A stretch of DNA of 32,000 nt from Geotalea uraniireducens Rf4 (lineage in GTDB: Bacteria; Desulfobacterota; Desulfuromonadia; Geobacterales; Geobacteraceae). The stretch lies in NCBI RefSeq assembly GCF_000016745.1, contig NC_009483.1:420001-452000 (forward strand), given 5' to 3'. Shown here piece by piece: positions 9,701-17,079 of the stretch. Made by a program: the position numbers and the translations under genes. The notes below the pieces were generated by a model. The model saw only the letters and a program-made list of their open reading frames with translations. It had not been told where the DNA came from and did not search any database. Positions within the stretch are counted from its first letter, which is position 1, and the number at the start of each line of letters is the position of its first letter.

Positions 9701-9876
9701 CTGCATTTACACGGGGAAGTGACGGCGTGTACACCTGGAGATTCGACGAACTGGGTGCAGGTGAAAAAAGGAACATCAAGGTTAATTATAAGGTGAAGTC
9801 CGGTACCGCTGTCGGAACGAACATGCAGGTTAAAAATATCCTTAAGTACCAGGATCCTTTAGGGAACAGCTACTGA
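6784..9876 (+). CDS. Large secreted envelope protein: signal peptide, YbgF/CpoB-like TPR, ~330-aa Ala/Glu/Lys tandem-repeat helix (TolA domain II-like), then four DUF11/CARDB-like beta-sandwich domains
   Basis: GTG at 6784 with a GGAAAGG SD gives VNFIKFFRAAVCKTLLGILIILSLLPNPAFC. TPR-like segments include YQKRDFQTAVDKMSALLKKYPDTPL and KEYPDSPL. Six 56-aa AEK repeats follow. The C-terminal half has four repeats of the pattern (PGE/PGQ)-x-V-x-x-x-x-x-N-x-G, for example LLPGEKVSYRLDLLNIGTSSARGV and LKPGEVSSFELSCTNRGSNMAKLV. Domain names are assigned from motif recognition only. Confidence 0.8.
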   Translation: MNFIKFFRAAVCKTLLGILIILSLLPNPAFCLDSEDSQIFIAGFNSYQKRDFQTAVDKMSALLKKYPDTPLRDMAIFWLARANYKAGHRQEAARYMAQFFKEYPDSPLKATVEDELVTLAAKYAKGEPIPAEEKVAVEKAVAEKAAAEKLAMEKAEAEKIAAAKKAGELRIAAEKAAAEKALQAKLAAEKAAVEKAVAEKAAAEKLAQEKAEAERKAAAKKAEEMRIAAEKAAAEKALQAKLAAEKAAVEKAAAEKAAAEKLAQEKAEAERKAAAQKAEEVRIAAEKAAAEKALQAKLAEKAAAEKAAAEKAAAEKLAQEKAEAEKKAAAKKAEEMRIAAEKAAAEKALQAKLAAEKAAVEKAAAEKAAAEKLAQEKAEAEKKAAAKKAEEMRIAAEKAAAEKALQAKLAAEKATAEKAAAEKAAAEKLAQEKAEAERKAAAKKAEEMRIAAEKASAEKRAVEKTAAAKADSAPDKRKAGARKKEKTGKSAKAATLREKAIAEYRSVIDRFPGTAAAASASAKLRQLGVLHPAVSGAGVAIAAGENAKILTLEVGQFADFDFTIAPPAQSLEAGKRFAIPFEMVNLGNGPDSFYLESGFPVEYNLQFAAAVKPEMPINLTPQLAAGEKFKAVMAITVPRSVIDGQKASYPIKLGSQFSRDVSQSREVSLFFSAPLLRAVIKAEKSQLLPGEKVSYRLDLLNIGTSSARGVTLRLNYPPQYEPVNFIPAGFKQEMKAALVLDGLQLNSGESKEFTVTFQLKDEALAQQELFLRADVINNELEKKDSFLSPATFVQGVSGVAVRTTAEKLVVVPGQTVMIPIIVTNTGNLREDFAIKPAIPANASYSFYQDLNRDGKKQENEPMINHVGPLGPKEEAYVVLEVTTPVTEIDGASVPLAVAFEPEGDKAKSAALNVRLVYSRPVLDLVMIGKGGKLKPGEVSSFELSCTNRGSNMAKLVDVQSFLPDQLTLVSADPAFTRGSDGVYTWRFDELGAGEKRNIKVNYKVKSGTAVGTNMQVKNILKYQDPLGNSY
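7174..8160 (+). repeat. In-frame tandem repeat, about 6 copies of 168 bp (56 aa); one copy is 165 bp
   Basis: The landmark GAAAAGGCCCTTCAGGCAAAGCTT recurs at 7318, 7486, 7654, 7819 and 7987. Copies 2 and 3 (7342-7509 against 7510-7677) differ at about 12 of 168 positions by hand alignment. Confidence 0.9.
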
Positions 9877-9877
9877 T

Positions 9878-10480
9878 ATGCGTCCCTCGCCGGGCATTAT
9901 TGCCTGTTCCATGCTTTTGCTTGTTGCCCATTCGGGAGGCGCGTGGGGTGGGGATTATCTGCTCTATGCGCCGCAGCCTACTGAATCCGACAAGCTTACT
10001 GCCGGACCTGAAGAAGGTATTCTGGTCAAGGGAATCACCATCAAGCGGGGCGATACGCTCAAGGCTCTTGCCCGGAAATATCGGGGCAAAAGCTCCTATT
10101 TTCCGCAGATTCTCCTTTTTAACAAAATCAGCAACCCGGACCTGATCCATGCAGGCGTCAGGCTGCTCATGCCGATAACCGAAGACGGCGCGACATCACT
10201 TCACAAAAGCAGAAAGGTTGCCACTCCCGCCCCCAATGATGTAGAAGTTCCAAAGACCGACCTTCCTGCATCATCAGTAACGACGCATCCTGCTGTAAAA
10301 CAAGAGCCTGATGCGGGACAGCAACTCTTCCAGAAGGCGGCCAGGGCATACAAAAAAGGAGATTATCGGCAGGCGCTCAAGGCGTTTGACCGGTTTCTCT
10401 CCAAATTCTCCAACTCACCTCTTGCGGCAGATGCAAGCCTTTACCGGGCAGATTGCCTATTGAACCTGTCGCGGCAGTAA
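9878..10480 (+). CDS. Secreted LysM-domain protein with a C-terminal YbgF-like TPR segment
   Basis: Signal peptide MRPSPGIIACSMLLLVAHSGGAWG. LysM sequence ITIKRGDTLKALARKYRGKSSYFPQILLFNKISNPDLIHAGVRLLMP. TPR-like tail YKKGDYRQALKAFDRFLSKFSNSPLAADASLYRADCL. Its ATG lies 1 nt after the upstream stop (TGAtATG), suggesting translational coupling. Confidence 0.8.
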   Translation: MRPSPGIIACSMLLLVAHSGGAWGGDYLLYAPQPTESDKLTAGPEEGILVKGITIKRGDTLKALARKYRGKSSYFPQILLFNKISNPDLIHAGVRLLMPITEDGATSLHKSRKVATPAPNDVEVPKTDLPASSVTTHPAVKQEPDAGQQLFQKAARAYKKGDYRQALKAFDRFLSKFSNSPLAADASLYRADCLLNLSRQ

Positions 10481-10536
10481 TGCCGGATCTGTTTCACTCT
10501 CCTGTTTATTTCCCGTACCTTATAACAGGCTTCCGT

Positions 10537-11595
10537 TTACGGGTGTTTGTCTTTCACTTCCTGCAACTCCGCCGTTAACGCGGCGACAGGACTCTCCGTT
10601 ATCAGCACCTGCCGTGGCGGATTCGTATCCCGCGTGAACAGAAAGCCTGTTACCCGGGTTATGGTACGGTTCTTGTCGTTGAGCATCAAGGAATGCTCGG
10701 CGTAACGATAGGTGATATCCAGATGCGTGAGAAGGGATGAAACGATTTTTGCAAAATCATCGGCAGGGCTCACCCGGACCACGTTGTACCCTTCCACCTC
10801 AAGGAGCCTGAAAAGGGTGTAAGTGTATGGGTCGTTGTCGGAGAGGCTTAAAATAAAGCGCTTGTTGTTATGCTCGAAATACCGGTCGACCTTAACGCTG
10901 AAGCGACCTCCACCCCCCTTGCCGGGTGATGTTTCGATGATCTGATTTTTACCCCATTTCAGGGCAAGGATGTTCATGAGGGAATCGACGATCTCACCAG
11001 GTTCCCTTGTCTTGATGGAGCGTACGGCAACGGCTGCTACGAGCGGAGCTTCGGTCAAAGACCGACTGGTTTGCGACGTTTGAGGCGTCACGGTGGTTGC
11101 GGGTTGTTTGTTCAGGACCGGCGATTCCGGGCGGACTTTGCCGGGTGCTCCCTTGGCTATAGCTGCTGTCCCGTGTTTTACCCCGGTCGGCACCAGGATG
11201 GTCTGGCCGATGGAGAGCTTTCTGATGTCGGAAATTTTGTTTATGCGAACGATTTCAGGGATCAGCGCTTCAGCGGCGCTGTTCGACATGCCGAAATCCT
11301 TCATCAGGATCTTGAAAATATGGTCGCCGCTTTTGACCGCATACTTGACGTAGCCGGTAGCGCTGGCCGGAAGCGTCTCCGCTTTTTTTCGGGTGGAACT
11401 CCTTGCGGGGGCCGGTCGTGACGGTTTGACGGTCTTCTTCTTGGTCGCCCGGGCTGGGGTTTTTGTCCTGTCGAGTTCCTTGATATCTATCTCGAATGAC
11501 GATTCAGCCGCCAGGCCGGAGCCAATCTGGACGAGAAGCAAAATGAACGGTAAAATGGCCGACACGGTTGTTCTGGCTGGGGTAGATGCAGTCAT
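10537..11595 (-). CDS. Exported LysM-domain protein with an uncharacterised ~170-aa C-terminal domain
   Basis: ATG at 11595 with an AGAGGGA SD (MTASTPARTTVSAILPFILLLVQIGSGLAAESS, a signal or anchor sequence). A basic Pro/Thr-rich linker follows. LysM sequence YAVKSGDHIFKILMKDFGMSNSAAEALIPEIVRINKISDIRKLSIGQTILVP. I recognise no family for the C-terminal part. Confidence 0.75.
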   Translation of the reverse strand: MTASTPARTTVSAILPFILLLVQIGSGLAAESSFEIDIKELDRTKTPARATKKKTVKPSRPAPARSSTRKKAETLPASATGYVKYAVKSGDHIFKILMKDFGMSNSAAEALIPEIVRINKISDIRKLSIGQTILVPTGVKHGTAAIAKGAPGKVRPESPVLNKQPATTVTPQTSQTSRSLTEAPLVAAVAVRSIKTREPGEIVDSLMNILALKWGKNQIIETSPGKGGGGRFSVKVDRYFEHNNKRFILSLSDNDPYTYTLFRLLEVEGYNVVRVSPADDFAKIVSSLLTHLDITYRYAEHSLMLNDKNRTITRVTGFLFTRDTNPPRQVLITESPVAALTAELQEVKDKHP

Positions 11596-11644
11596 GTATC
11601 CCTCTGTATGAATGGAAGTGTGCGAAGTTTCCGGCACGTACCGT

Positions 11645-12841
11645 CTATTGGAAGTGAACGACAAAACCCTTCAGGTGGAGGCTCGATTTATCCCTGTAGG
11701 TAATAATCCTGCCTGCAGCTGAAATACTTCCTTTTTCGATAAGATAATTGCCTTTTTCTGCCTTTGTCGCGACAGCATAAGCGCTGTCGCCGCCGACTTC
11801 CTTGAGCACGTCCTTAAGATAACCTTCCGTGATCGCCCCACCGCTCAAATCGATTACCTGCAAGGCTTTGATGAAATCCTTCTCCCGATAGACCTTGAAC
11901 TCAAGCTTGTTCGTTATATACTTCTCCCAGCCGGGATGGGTTTTAGCGTAAGCAGCATCCACCCCTTGCGCGGGAATAAATGCAGGGAGTCGTGTGAGTC
12001 TTGATGGAGTGGGTGTCTGTTTTGCAGCGGATTGGGCCGATACCGACGCAGGTTTTACCGTGATGGTCTTTGCCGGTTGTTTCTTCCCACCGGCAAGGAG
12101 GTAGAAAAGGATTGCGACCAAGGCAACAGAGGCGATAGCGAACAACCAGAAACGATTTTTCCCAGGCTCGTCCCGGATGATATAATCGCCGACCCGCTCC
12201 CCGCGGAGTATCATGCCTGGTTCCGATGGGGTCCCATCAGAATGGATGTGCCGGGTTTCGGCAAAATGAACCGAAACCGGTTCCTGGCTTTCCAGCACGG
12301 TTTCAAGCCTGTCCTGGAACCGGGATTTCTCCGCCGGCTCTTCACTGGCCTGCACGGCAGCCTGTTTTTCGCCATTGATTTCAGCCGGAGAACTTTCCCG
12401 GGAAAGCTTAACCTGGTCATACACTTTTTCTACCAGCTCAGATGCATTTGGCTTGCCGGGGGCAGAATTTTCTTCTTTCTGCACCAGGGCGGCAAGAATG
12501 TTCTCAACGGCAGAAGTCAGTACTTGATCCGTTTCGCGCAGATCAAGGCATCTGTCGACAAATTCCTTTATTTGGGATAAATCGGGATTGTCCTCGGACA
12601 GGAGGATGATTTTTGTTTCCTCCGAGGTGAGTCGGCTGCGTATATGTCTGGCGATAATGTTGCCGGAGAGACCGGAAAGCCGGTCCTGGACAAAAACAAT
12701 GGCTGGAGCGGCAGCAGTGATTTCTTCTGCGCCATGGTCCAGGCTGCCGGCCATCCGCAGAGTGACACCCGGTAACTCGCCGATAGAGGCAAAGATGCTT
12801 TGCAGGCGGGGTTGATCGGTTATGAGCAGGATGGTAATCAC
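11645..12841 (-). CDS. Receiver-like domain, one TM helix and an unknown periplasmic domain (hypothetical)
   Basis: GTG start at 12841 with an AGAGG SD. The N-terminus MITILLITDQ...AIVFVQDRLSGLSG...KIILLS has a CheY-like beta/alpha pattern with the acceptor-position Asp, but I could not find the conserved Lys. A low-complexity acidic linker follows, then the TM helix FWLFAIASVALVAILFYLLAG and a ~150-aa C-terminal domain with no motif I recognise. Confidence 0.7.
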   Translation of the reverse strand: MITILLITDQPRLQSIFASIGELPGVTLRMAGSLDHGAEEITAAAPAIVFVQDRLSGLSGNIIARHIRSRLTSEETKIILLSEDNPDLSQIKEFVDRCLDLRETDQVLTSAVENILAALVQKEENSAPGKPNASELVEKVYDQVKLSRESSPAEINGEKQAAVQASEEPAEKSRFQDRLETVLESQEPVSVHFAETRHIHSDGTPSEPGMILRGERVGDYIIRDEPGKNRFWLFAIASVALVAILFYLLAGGKKQPAKTITVKPASVSAQSAAKQTPTPSRLTRLPAFIPAQGVDAAYAKTHPGWEKYITNKLEFKVYREKDFIKALQVIDLSGGAITEGYLKDVLKEVGGDSAYAVATKAEKGNYLIEKGSISAAGRIITYRDKSSLHLKGFVVHFQ

Positions 12842-12873
12842 GCTAACCTCTAATCTACTGGTAATATCCGCAC

Positions 12874-12902
12874 ATTCTATGTGACACTTCGCGGATAATC
12901 AA
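12874..12902 (-). promoter_or_regulatory. Putative sigma70 promoter of the receiver-like/LysM operon
   Basis: The minus strand reads TTGATT-N17-TAGAAT (-35 at 12902-12897, -10 at 12879-12874), about 30 nt upstream of the GTG at 12841. Confidence 0.35.
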
Positions 12903-13314
12903 TACCATTAATCTTTCCAGGTCATTTTTCGCATTTCCAGAACACGAAAATTGTTGCACGGGCAATGATGCGAAATAATGCTTGCAATTCAGGGATAATG
13001 ATGTATTTTATAGGGTCTGACTGATAGTTGTTCAATCGGGGAATCCGGTATCTTTGCTTTATACCATTTTTTAGCCGTTTTCCGCATCCCCTGTTTCATC
13101 GCTCACTAACCCCCTCTGCATTCTACAAACCCCGGAAAATGCAGTAACACTTATGGTTGGCGACGATGTAGTTGAGCCGGTCATATACGTGTTATTGCCG
13201 TTATCGTTTGCGTGGCAACGGTTGCCGCTGCGGCTTCGCGCGTTCAATCTCCAGCCGTCTTCTGCCGGATAGCGTCTTTGCTCGCTATTTCCGCAGAAAC
13301 CACAAGGAATCCTC

Positions 13315-14676
13315 ATGTCTTTTGAAACACTGCAGTTGTCCCCATCAATCCTGAAAGCCATTGCCGTTTGCGGCTACACGACGCCAACTCCTATCCAGGA
13401 GCAGGCAATCCCCCTGGCCCTTGCCGGCAAGGATCTTATAGCCTCAGCCCAGACAGGAACCGGCAAGACCGCCGCCTTTACCTTGCCGGCCTTGCAGCGG
13501 CTGAGCACACCTTCGCCGATAAACGGCAAGGGACCTCGGATTCTCGTGCTTACTCCGACCCGCGAACTGGCCAACCAGGTTACCGACGCCGTGCGCAATT
13601 ACGGCAAATTCATGCGGGTCAGGAGCGGCGCCATCCTTGGTGGCATGCCTTACCGCGAGCAGTTGCAACTCCTGTCCCAACCGGTAGACCTGATCGTCGC
13701 CACGCCGGGCAGGCTTATCGACCACCTGGAGCGGGGTCGCATCAATCTCTCCCGTTTGGAATTGCTCATATTGGACGAAGCCGACCGGATGCTCGATATG
13801 GGTTTCAGCGACGATGTGGACAAGATCGCTGCGGCTGCCCCGGCTAATCGCCAGACCCTTCTATTCACGGCTACTATGGACGACGTGATGGCTAAATTGG
13901 CCCAACGGCTGTTGAAAGATCCGGTGCGTATCGAGATTGCCGGACAGAAAACCAGCCACGACCAGATTGAACAGCGTCTCCATGTTGTGGACAACCTCCA
14001 GCACAAGAACCGCATGCTGCAACATCTCATTGCAGACGGCAACCTGACCAAAGCGATCATTTTTTCCGCCACCAAGCGCGATGCGGACATGCTTGCCCGT
14101 GAGCTGCACGCCCAGGGACACGCAGCCGCTGCCTTGCACGGCGACATGACCCAAAATGCGCGGAACAAGACCATAACCAATATGCGTCGCGGCAAGGTGC
14201 GTTTGCTTGTGGCTACCGATGTGGCCGCCCGCGGCCTGGACGTGACCGGGATCAGTCATGTGATAAACTTTGACCTGCCAAAATTCGCCGAAGATTACGT
14301 ACACCGCATCGGCCGTACCGGCCGCGCAGGCGCGTCAGGCATTGCCATTTCCTTTGTCTCGCTCAACGATATCAACTACCTGGACAGGATCGAGCGTTAC
14401 ACCGGCCAGACCCTGCCGCTGCATGTGATTCCCGGCCTGGAGCCGACCCGTCCGTTGCGTCGGGTCAGCACCAGCGGTAAGCGGAGCCAGCCGGCAAACG
14501 GCCGGGGCAAAACCCCTTACGCCGGGGGGCAGCGCCGCCAGGGCAAGGATGAGAAGGGGAACGGCGGATTCGCCCATGCCCGCAAAGGCGCTTCGACGCG
14601 ATCAAGGACTGTCTCTCCCGTCACTGTTGAGTACCGCAGCGGCAAGCCGGGTCGCGATACGCGGCAATCGAACTGA
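13315..14676 (+). CDS. DEAD-box ATP-dependent RNA helicase (RhlE-like) with a basic Arg/Gly-rich C-terminal tail
   Basis: Q-motif region GYTTPTPIQ, then AQTGTGKTAAF, PTRELA, DEAD, SAT and HRIGRTGRAG, all in the canonical order. Confidence 0.92.
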   Translation: MSFETLQLSPSILKAIAVCGYTTPTPIQEQAIPLALAGKDLIASAQTGTGKTAAFTLPALQRLSTPSPINGKGPRILVLTPTRELANQVTDAVRNYGKFMRVRSGAILGGMPYREQLQLLSQPVDLIVATPGRLIDHLERGRINLSRLELLILDEADRMLDMGFSDDVDKIAAAAPANRQTLLFTATMDDVMAKLAQRLLKDPVRIEIAGQKTSHDQIEQRLHVVDNLQHKNRMLQHLIADGNLTKAIIFSATKRDADMLARELHAQGHAAAALHGDMTQNARNKTITNMRRGKVRLLVATDVAARGLDVTGISHVINFDLPKFAEDYVHRIGRTGRAGASGIAISFVSLNDINYLDRIERYTGQTLPLHVIPGLEPTRPLRRVSTSGKRSQPANGRGKTPYAGGQRRQGKDEKGNGGFAHARKGASTRSRTVSPVTVEYRSGKPGRDTRQSN

Positions 14677-14712
14677 TATTTGACATTACGCTGACTCGAA
14701 GAATAGTCTGGC

Positions 14713-14745
14713 AAAGGCGCCCCGGCAACGGGGCGCCTTTTGTGT
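14713..14745 (+). terminator. Rho-independent terminator of the helicase gene
   Basis: GGCGCCCCG-GCAA-CGGGGCGCC forms a 9-bp GC stem with a tetraloop, followed by TTTT. Confidence 0.6.
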
Positions 14746-14753
14746 ATTCACCC

Positions 14754-14782
14754 TTGCCTAAAGGCTGCTGTTTCGCTATTAT
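14754..14782 (+). promoter_or_regulatory. Putative sigma70 promoter of the flavodiiron protein gene
   Basis: TTGCCT-N17-TATTAT, about 40 nt upstream of the AAGGAG SD and the ATG at 14825. Confidence 0.4.
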
Positions 14783-14824
14783 TTGCGGTGACAGGTAATG
14801 TCGCATTCTTAAGGAGTTAGACCC

Positions 14825-16012
14825 ATGGCAGAGATTATCGAGATAAAACCCGACCTTTACTGGATCGGCGTCAAAGATCCTGAGCTGCGGACTTTCGACG
14901 ACCTGTTCCCGACCGAGCACGGCACCACCTACAACTCTTACCTGATCAAAGGGAAGGACAAGATCGCCATTATCGACACGGTCAAAGGGTGCCGCTCCGA
15001 GGAGTACCTGGCCAAGATCAGGCAACTGGTTGATCCGGCAGAGATCGATTATTTCATCATCAACCACACGGAACCGGACCATTCCGGCTCACTTGCCTTC
15101 ATGCTCCAGCACTGTCCGAAGGCGACCGTCATCTCCACCCAGGCTGCACACACCTTTCTCGGCAACCTGATCCACACCCCGTTCCCCTCCCATGTCGTCA
15201 AGGATGGCGAGGTCCTCGATCTGGGCGGCAAGCGGATCCGCTTCGTTATTGCGCCGTTCCTCCACTGGCCTGACACCATGTTTGCCCTCCTCGAAGAGGA
15301 CGGGGTCATCTTTACCTGTGACGCCTTTGGTTCCCATTACTGCGGGCCATCAATCTTCAATGACGAACTTCCCGATTTCAGTGCCGACATGGAGTTTTAC
15401 TTCGACTGCATCATGCGCCCATTCAAGGACCGGGCGCTGGCCGCCATCGACAAGATCAAGCATGACCGGATAGAGGTGATTTGTCCGAGCCATGGACCCG
15501 TGCTGCGCAGCGACCCGTGGAAAACCATCGCTCTCTACGAGAAATGGTGCCAGCCGAAGAGCAGTGGCAGAAAAATAGTGATCTTCTTCCTGTCTCCCCA
15601 CGGCAATACTGAGAAAATGGCTGCTGCGGTGGTCAAGGGGGCGTCTCTCCCCGGCATTGAGGTGATAGCCGAGCATGTCAACCACCTGTCGGCCGATGAA
15701 ATACGCGATCTTATGGAAGAGGCTGACGCCCTCATCTTCGGCACCCCTACCATCAACCGCGACATCCCGAAACCGATGTGGGACGTCCTTGCCTATCTCT
15801 CCTCAGTCAAGCTGAAAACGAATATTGCCGGGGTGTTCGGCAGCTATGGCTGGAGCGGCGAGGCGAGCAAGATGGCCGAGGAACGGCTCAAAGGGCTCAA
15901 CTTCAAGTTGCCGGCGCCCTTTGTCCGTGCACCGTTTACTCCCAGGCCCGAGGCGCTGGAACAGTGCGAGGCTCTCGGCCGGACCATTGCCGAAGAAGTG
16001 CTGAAGAAGTAG
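14825..16012 (+). CDS. Flavodiiron protein (type A flavoprotein: metallo-beta-lactamase-like domain plus flavodoxin domain; O2/NO reductase family)
   Basis: 395 aa. Di-iron ligand motif INHTEPDHSG in the N-terminal domain. The C-terminal flavodoxin-like region reads KIVIFFLSPHGNTEKMA...GTPTINRD. Confidence 0.9.
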   Translation: MAEIIEIKPDLYWIGVKDPELRTFDDLFPTEHGTTYNSYLIKGKDKIAIIDTVKGCRSEEYLAKIRQLVDPAEIDYFIINHTEPDHSGSLAFMLQHCPKATVISTQAAHTFLGNLIHTPFPSHVVKDGEVLDLGGKRIRFVIAPFLHWPDTMFALLEEDGVIFTCDAFGSHYCGPSIFNDELPDFSADMEFYFDCIMRPFKDRALAAIDKIKHDRIEVICPSHGPVLRSDPWKTIALYEKWCQPKSSGRKIVIFFLSPHGNTEKMAAAVVKGASLPGIEVIAEHVNHLSADEIRDLMEEADALIFGTPTINRDIPKPMWDVLAYLSSVKLKTNIAGVFGSYGWSGEASKMAEERLKGLNFKLPAPFVRAPFTPRPEALEQCEALGRTIAEEVLKK

Positions 16013-16036
16013 CTTATCGTTGTCGCGGAAAACAAA

Positions 16037-16077
16037 AGCCGGGGATGCTTCTTAAGAGACATCCCCGGCTTTTTTTG
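16037..16077 (+). terminator. Rho-independent terminator
   Basis: AGCCGGGGATG-N12-CATCCCCGGCT forms an 11-bp stem, followed by a run of seven T. Confidence 0.8.
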
Positions 16078-16123
16078 TGCAGTAAGACGGGCGCCCTTTT
16101 TTCATGGATTGAGCAGGGAAATG

Positions 16124-16132
16124 TGGTATAGT
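16124..16132 (+). promoter_or_regulatory. Possible extended -10 promoter for mntA
   Basis: TGGTATAGT (TGn plus TATAGT) lies 26 nt upstream of the ATG at 16158. There is no convincing -35 box. Confidence 0.3.
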
Positions 16133-16157
16133 TTCGGCATTAGAAGAGGACTTTGGC

Positions 16158-16583
16158 ATGATCAAGTTCGAAAGAATTCCGGTTGACATCAAGCAACGGC
16201 TGCCAAGGGTTACACAGGCTCTCGAGCAGGACCCGCGGATCATTTTCGCCTATCTATTCGGCGGCCTTGCCGGGGGAGAGCCCAAGCCCCTTTCAGACGT
16301 GGACATTGCCGTCTACCTTGCCGACTCGGAACACCTTGCAGAGGTTAAACTGGATATTTTTACAAAACTCTGCGACCTGTTCGGTACGTGCGAAATCGAC
16401 CTGGTAATCCTCAACACGGCGCCCATAAGTCTCGCCGGCAGGATACTGCAGAACAAGCAGCACCTCGTTGACAAGGAGCCTTATCTGAGGCATCGCTACG
16501 AGTCGCTGACTTTGAGGAAGTCTTTTGATTTCAGGAAAAAGGAAGAAACTCTGTTCGAATTGAGGTATGGCATTGGTGGATAA
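16158..16583 (+). CDS. mntA: Nucleotidyltransferase-fold protein, MntA-type antitoxin (type VII HepT/MntA family)
   Basis: 141 aa with the minimal-NTase signature FGGLAGGEPKPLSDVDIAVYL (G-x-x-x-G...S-D-x-D). Confidence 0.8.
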   Translation: MIKFERIPVDIKQRLPRVTQALEQDPRIIFAYLFGGLAGGEPKPLSDVDIAVYLADSEHLAEVKLDIFTKLCDLFGTCEIDLVILNTAPISLAGRILQNKQHLVDKEPYLRHRYESLTLRKSFDFRKKEETLFELRYGIGG

Positions 16584-16680
16584 AGCCCTGGTCATGAGGA
16601 AGCATCTCGGAGACTTCTCAATGTTCAAGGACGCTATCATATCCTTCCTGAAGCGCCAGTCCCCTTTATCGCCGCAGTAA
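16567..16680 (+). pseudogene. Probable truncated HepT (DUF86) toxin remnant, 37 codons
   Basis: The ATG overlaps the mntA 3' end in the usual TA arrangement. The translation MALVDKALVMRKHLGDFSMFKDAIISFLKRQSPLSPQ resembles only the first helix of DUF86 proteins (normally about 115-140 aa). It lacks the C-terminal R-x4-H-x-Y region. It is too short to appear in the ORF track. Confidence 0.4.
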
Positions 16681-16696
16681 TGCCAGGCCACCCGTC

Positions 16697-16832
16697 ATGA
16701 CCGCGTCAAACTCTCCATCAATCATCGCTGTCGCGGGGCCACTCCGGCTCGGCATCACCTTTTACTAAGCAGTCCCCCCGGGAGCTTACTCCTCTTGCCA
16801 CGACCGGCGTGCGCGTGTTTGTACCGCCCGAA
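16697..16832 (+). pseudogene. Decayed duplicate of the priA 5' end
   Basis: 16683-16832 aligns by hand with 18566-18715, from 16 nt upstream of the ATG through about codon 44. There are about 21 mismatches in 129 coding positions plus a 1-nt insertion. The copy reads MTASNSPSIIAVAGPLRLGITFY then TAA, where priA has TAC. Confidence 0.8.
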
Positions 16833-17050
16833 CCGAGCATGGGGATGTATTGATCGTCAAGTTCCCTCCGCCATCGACCAGGGCCTTTAACGCACTGGAC
16901 CCATCGGTTCCCAAACCGCCCAGCTTGCCATTTTCATTGATAAGGATATCAACCCGGAATGGTCAATCAGTCTTTAACCCGGCCGTTGTATCTGACCATC
17001 TTCTCGTCTCTTCAGCTCTTCCTATATTTTACATTTTAATATTATATTAA

Positions 17051-17079
17051 TTGACAAATTGTACTTAAATTCATTAAAT
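17051..17079 (+). promoter_or_regulatory. Putative sigma70 promoter inside the AT-rich insert
   Basis: TTGACA-N17-TTAAAT, which would give a ~250-nt leader before the RCC1-repeat gene. Confidence 0.35.

Noticed and set aside
16850-17050. 66-aa plus ORF, plus a minus-frame stretch reading VDILINENGKLGGLGTDGSSALKALVDGGGNLTINTS
   Set aside because: There is no start codon or SD in the minus frame, and the plus ORF is Pro/Ser-rich noise. It may be a gene remnant inside the insert, but I cannot assign it.
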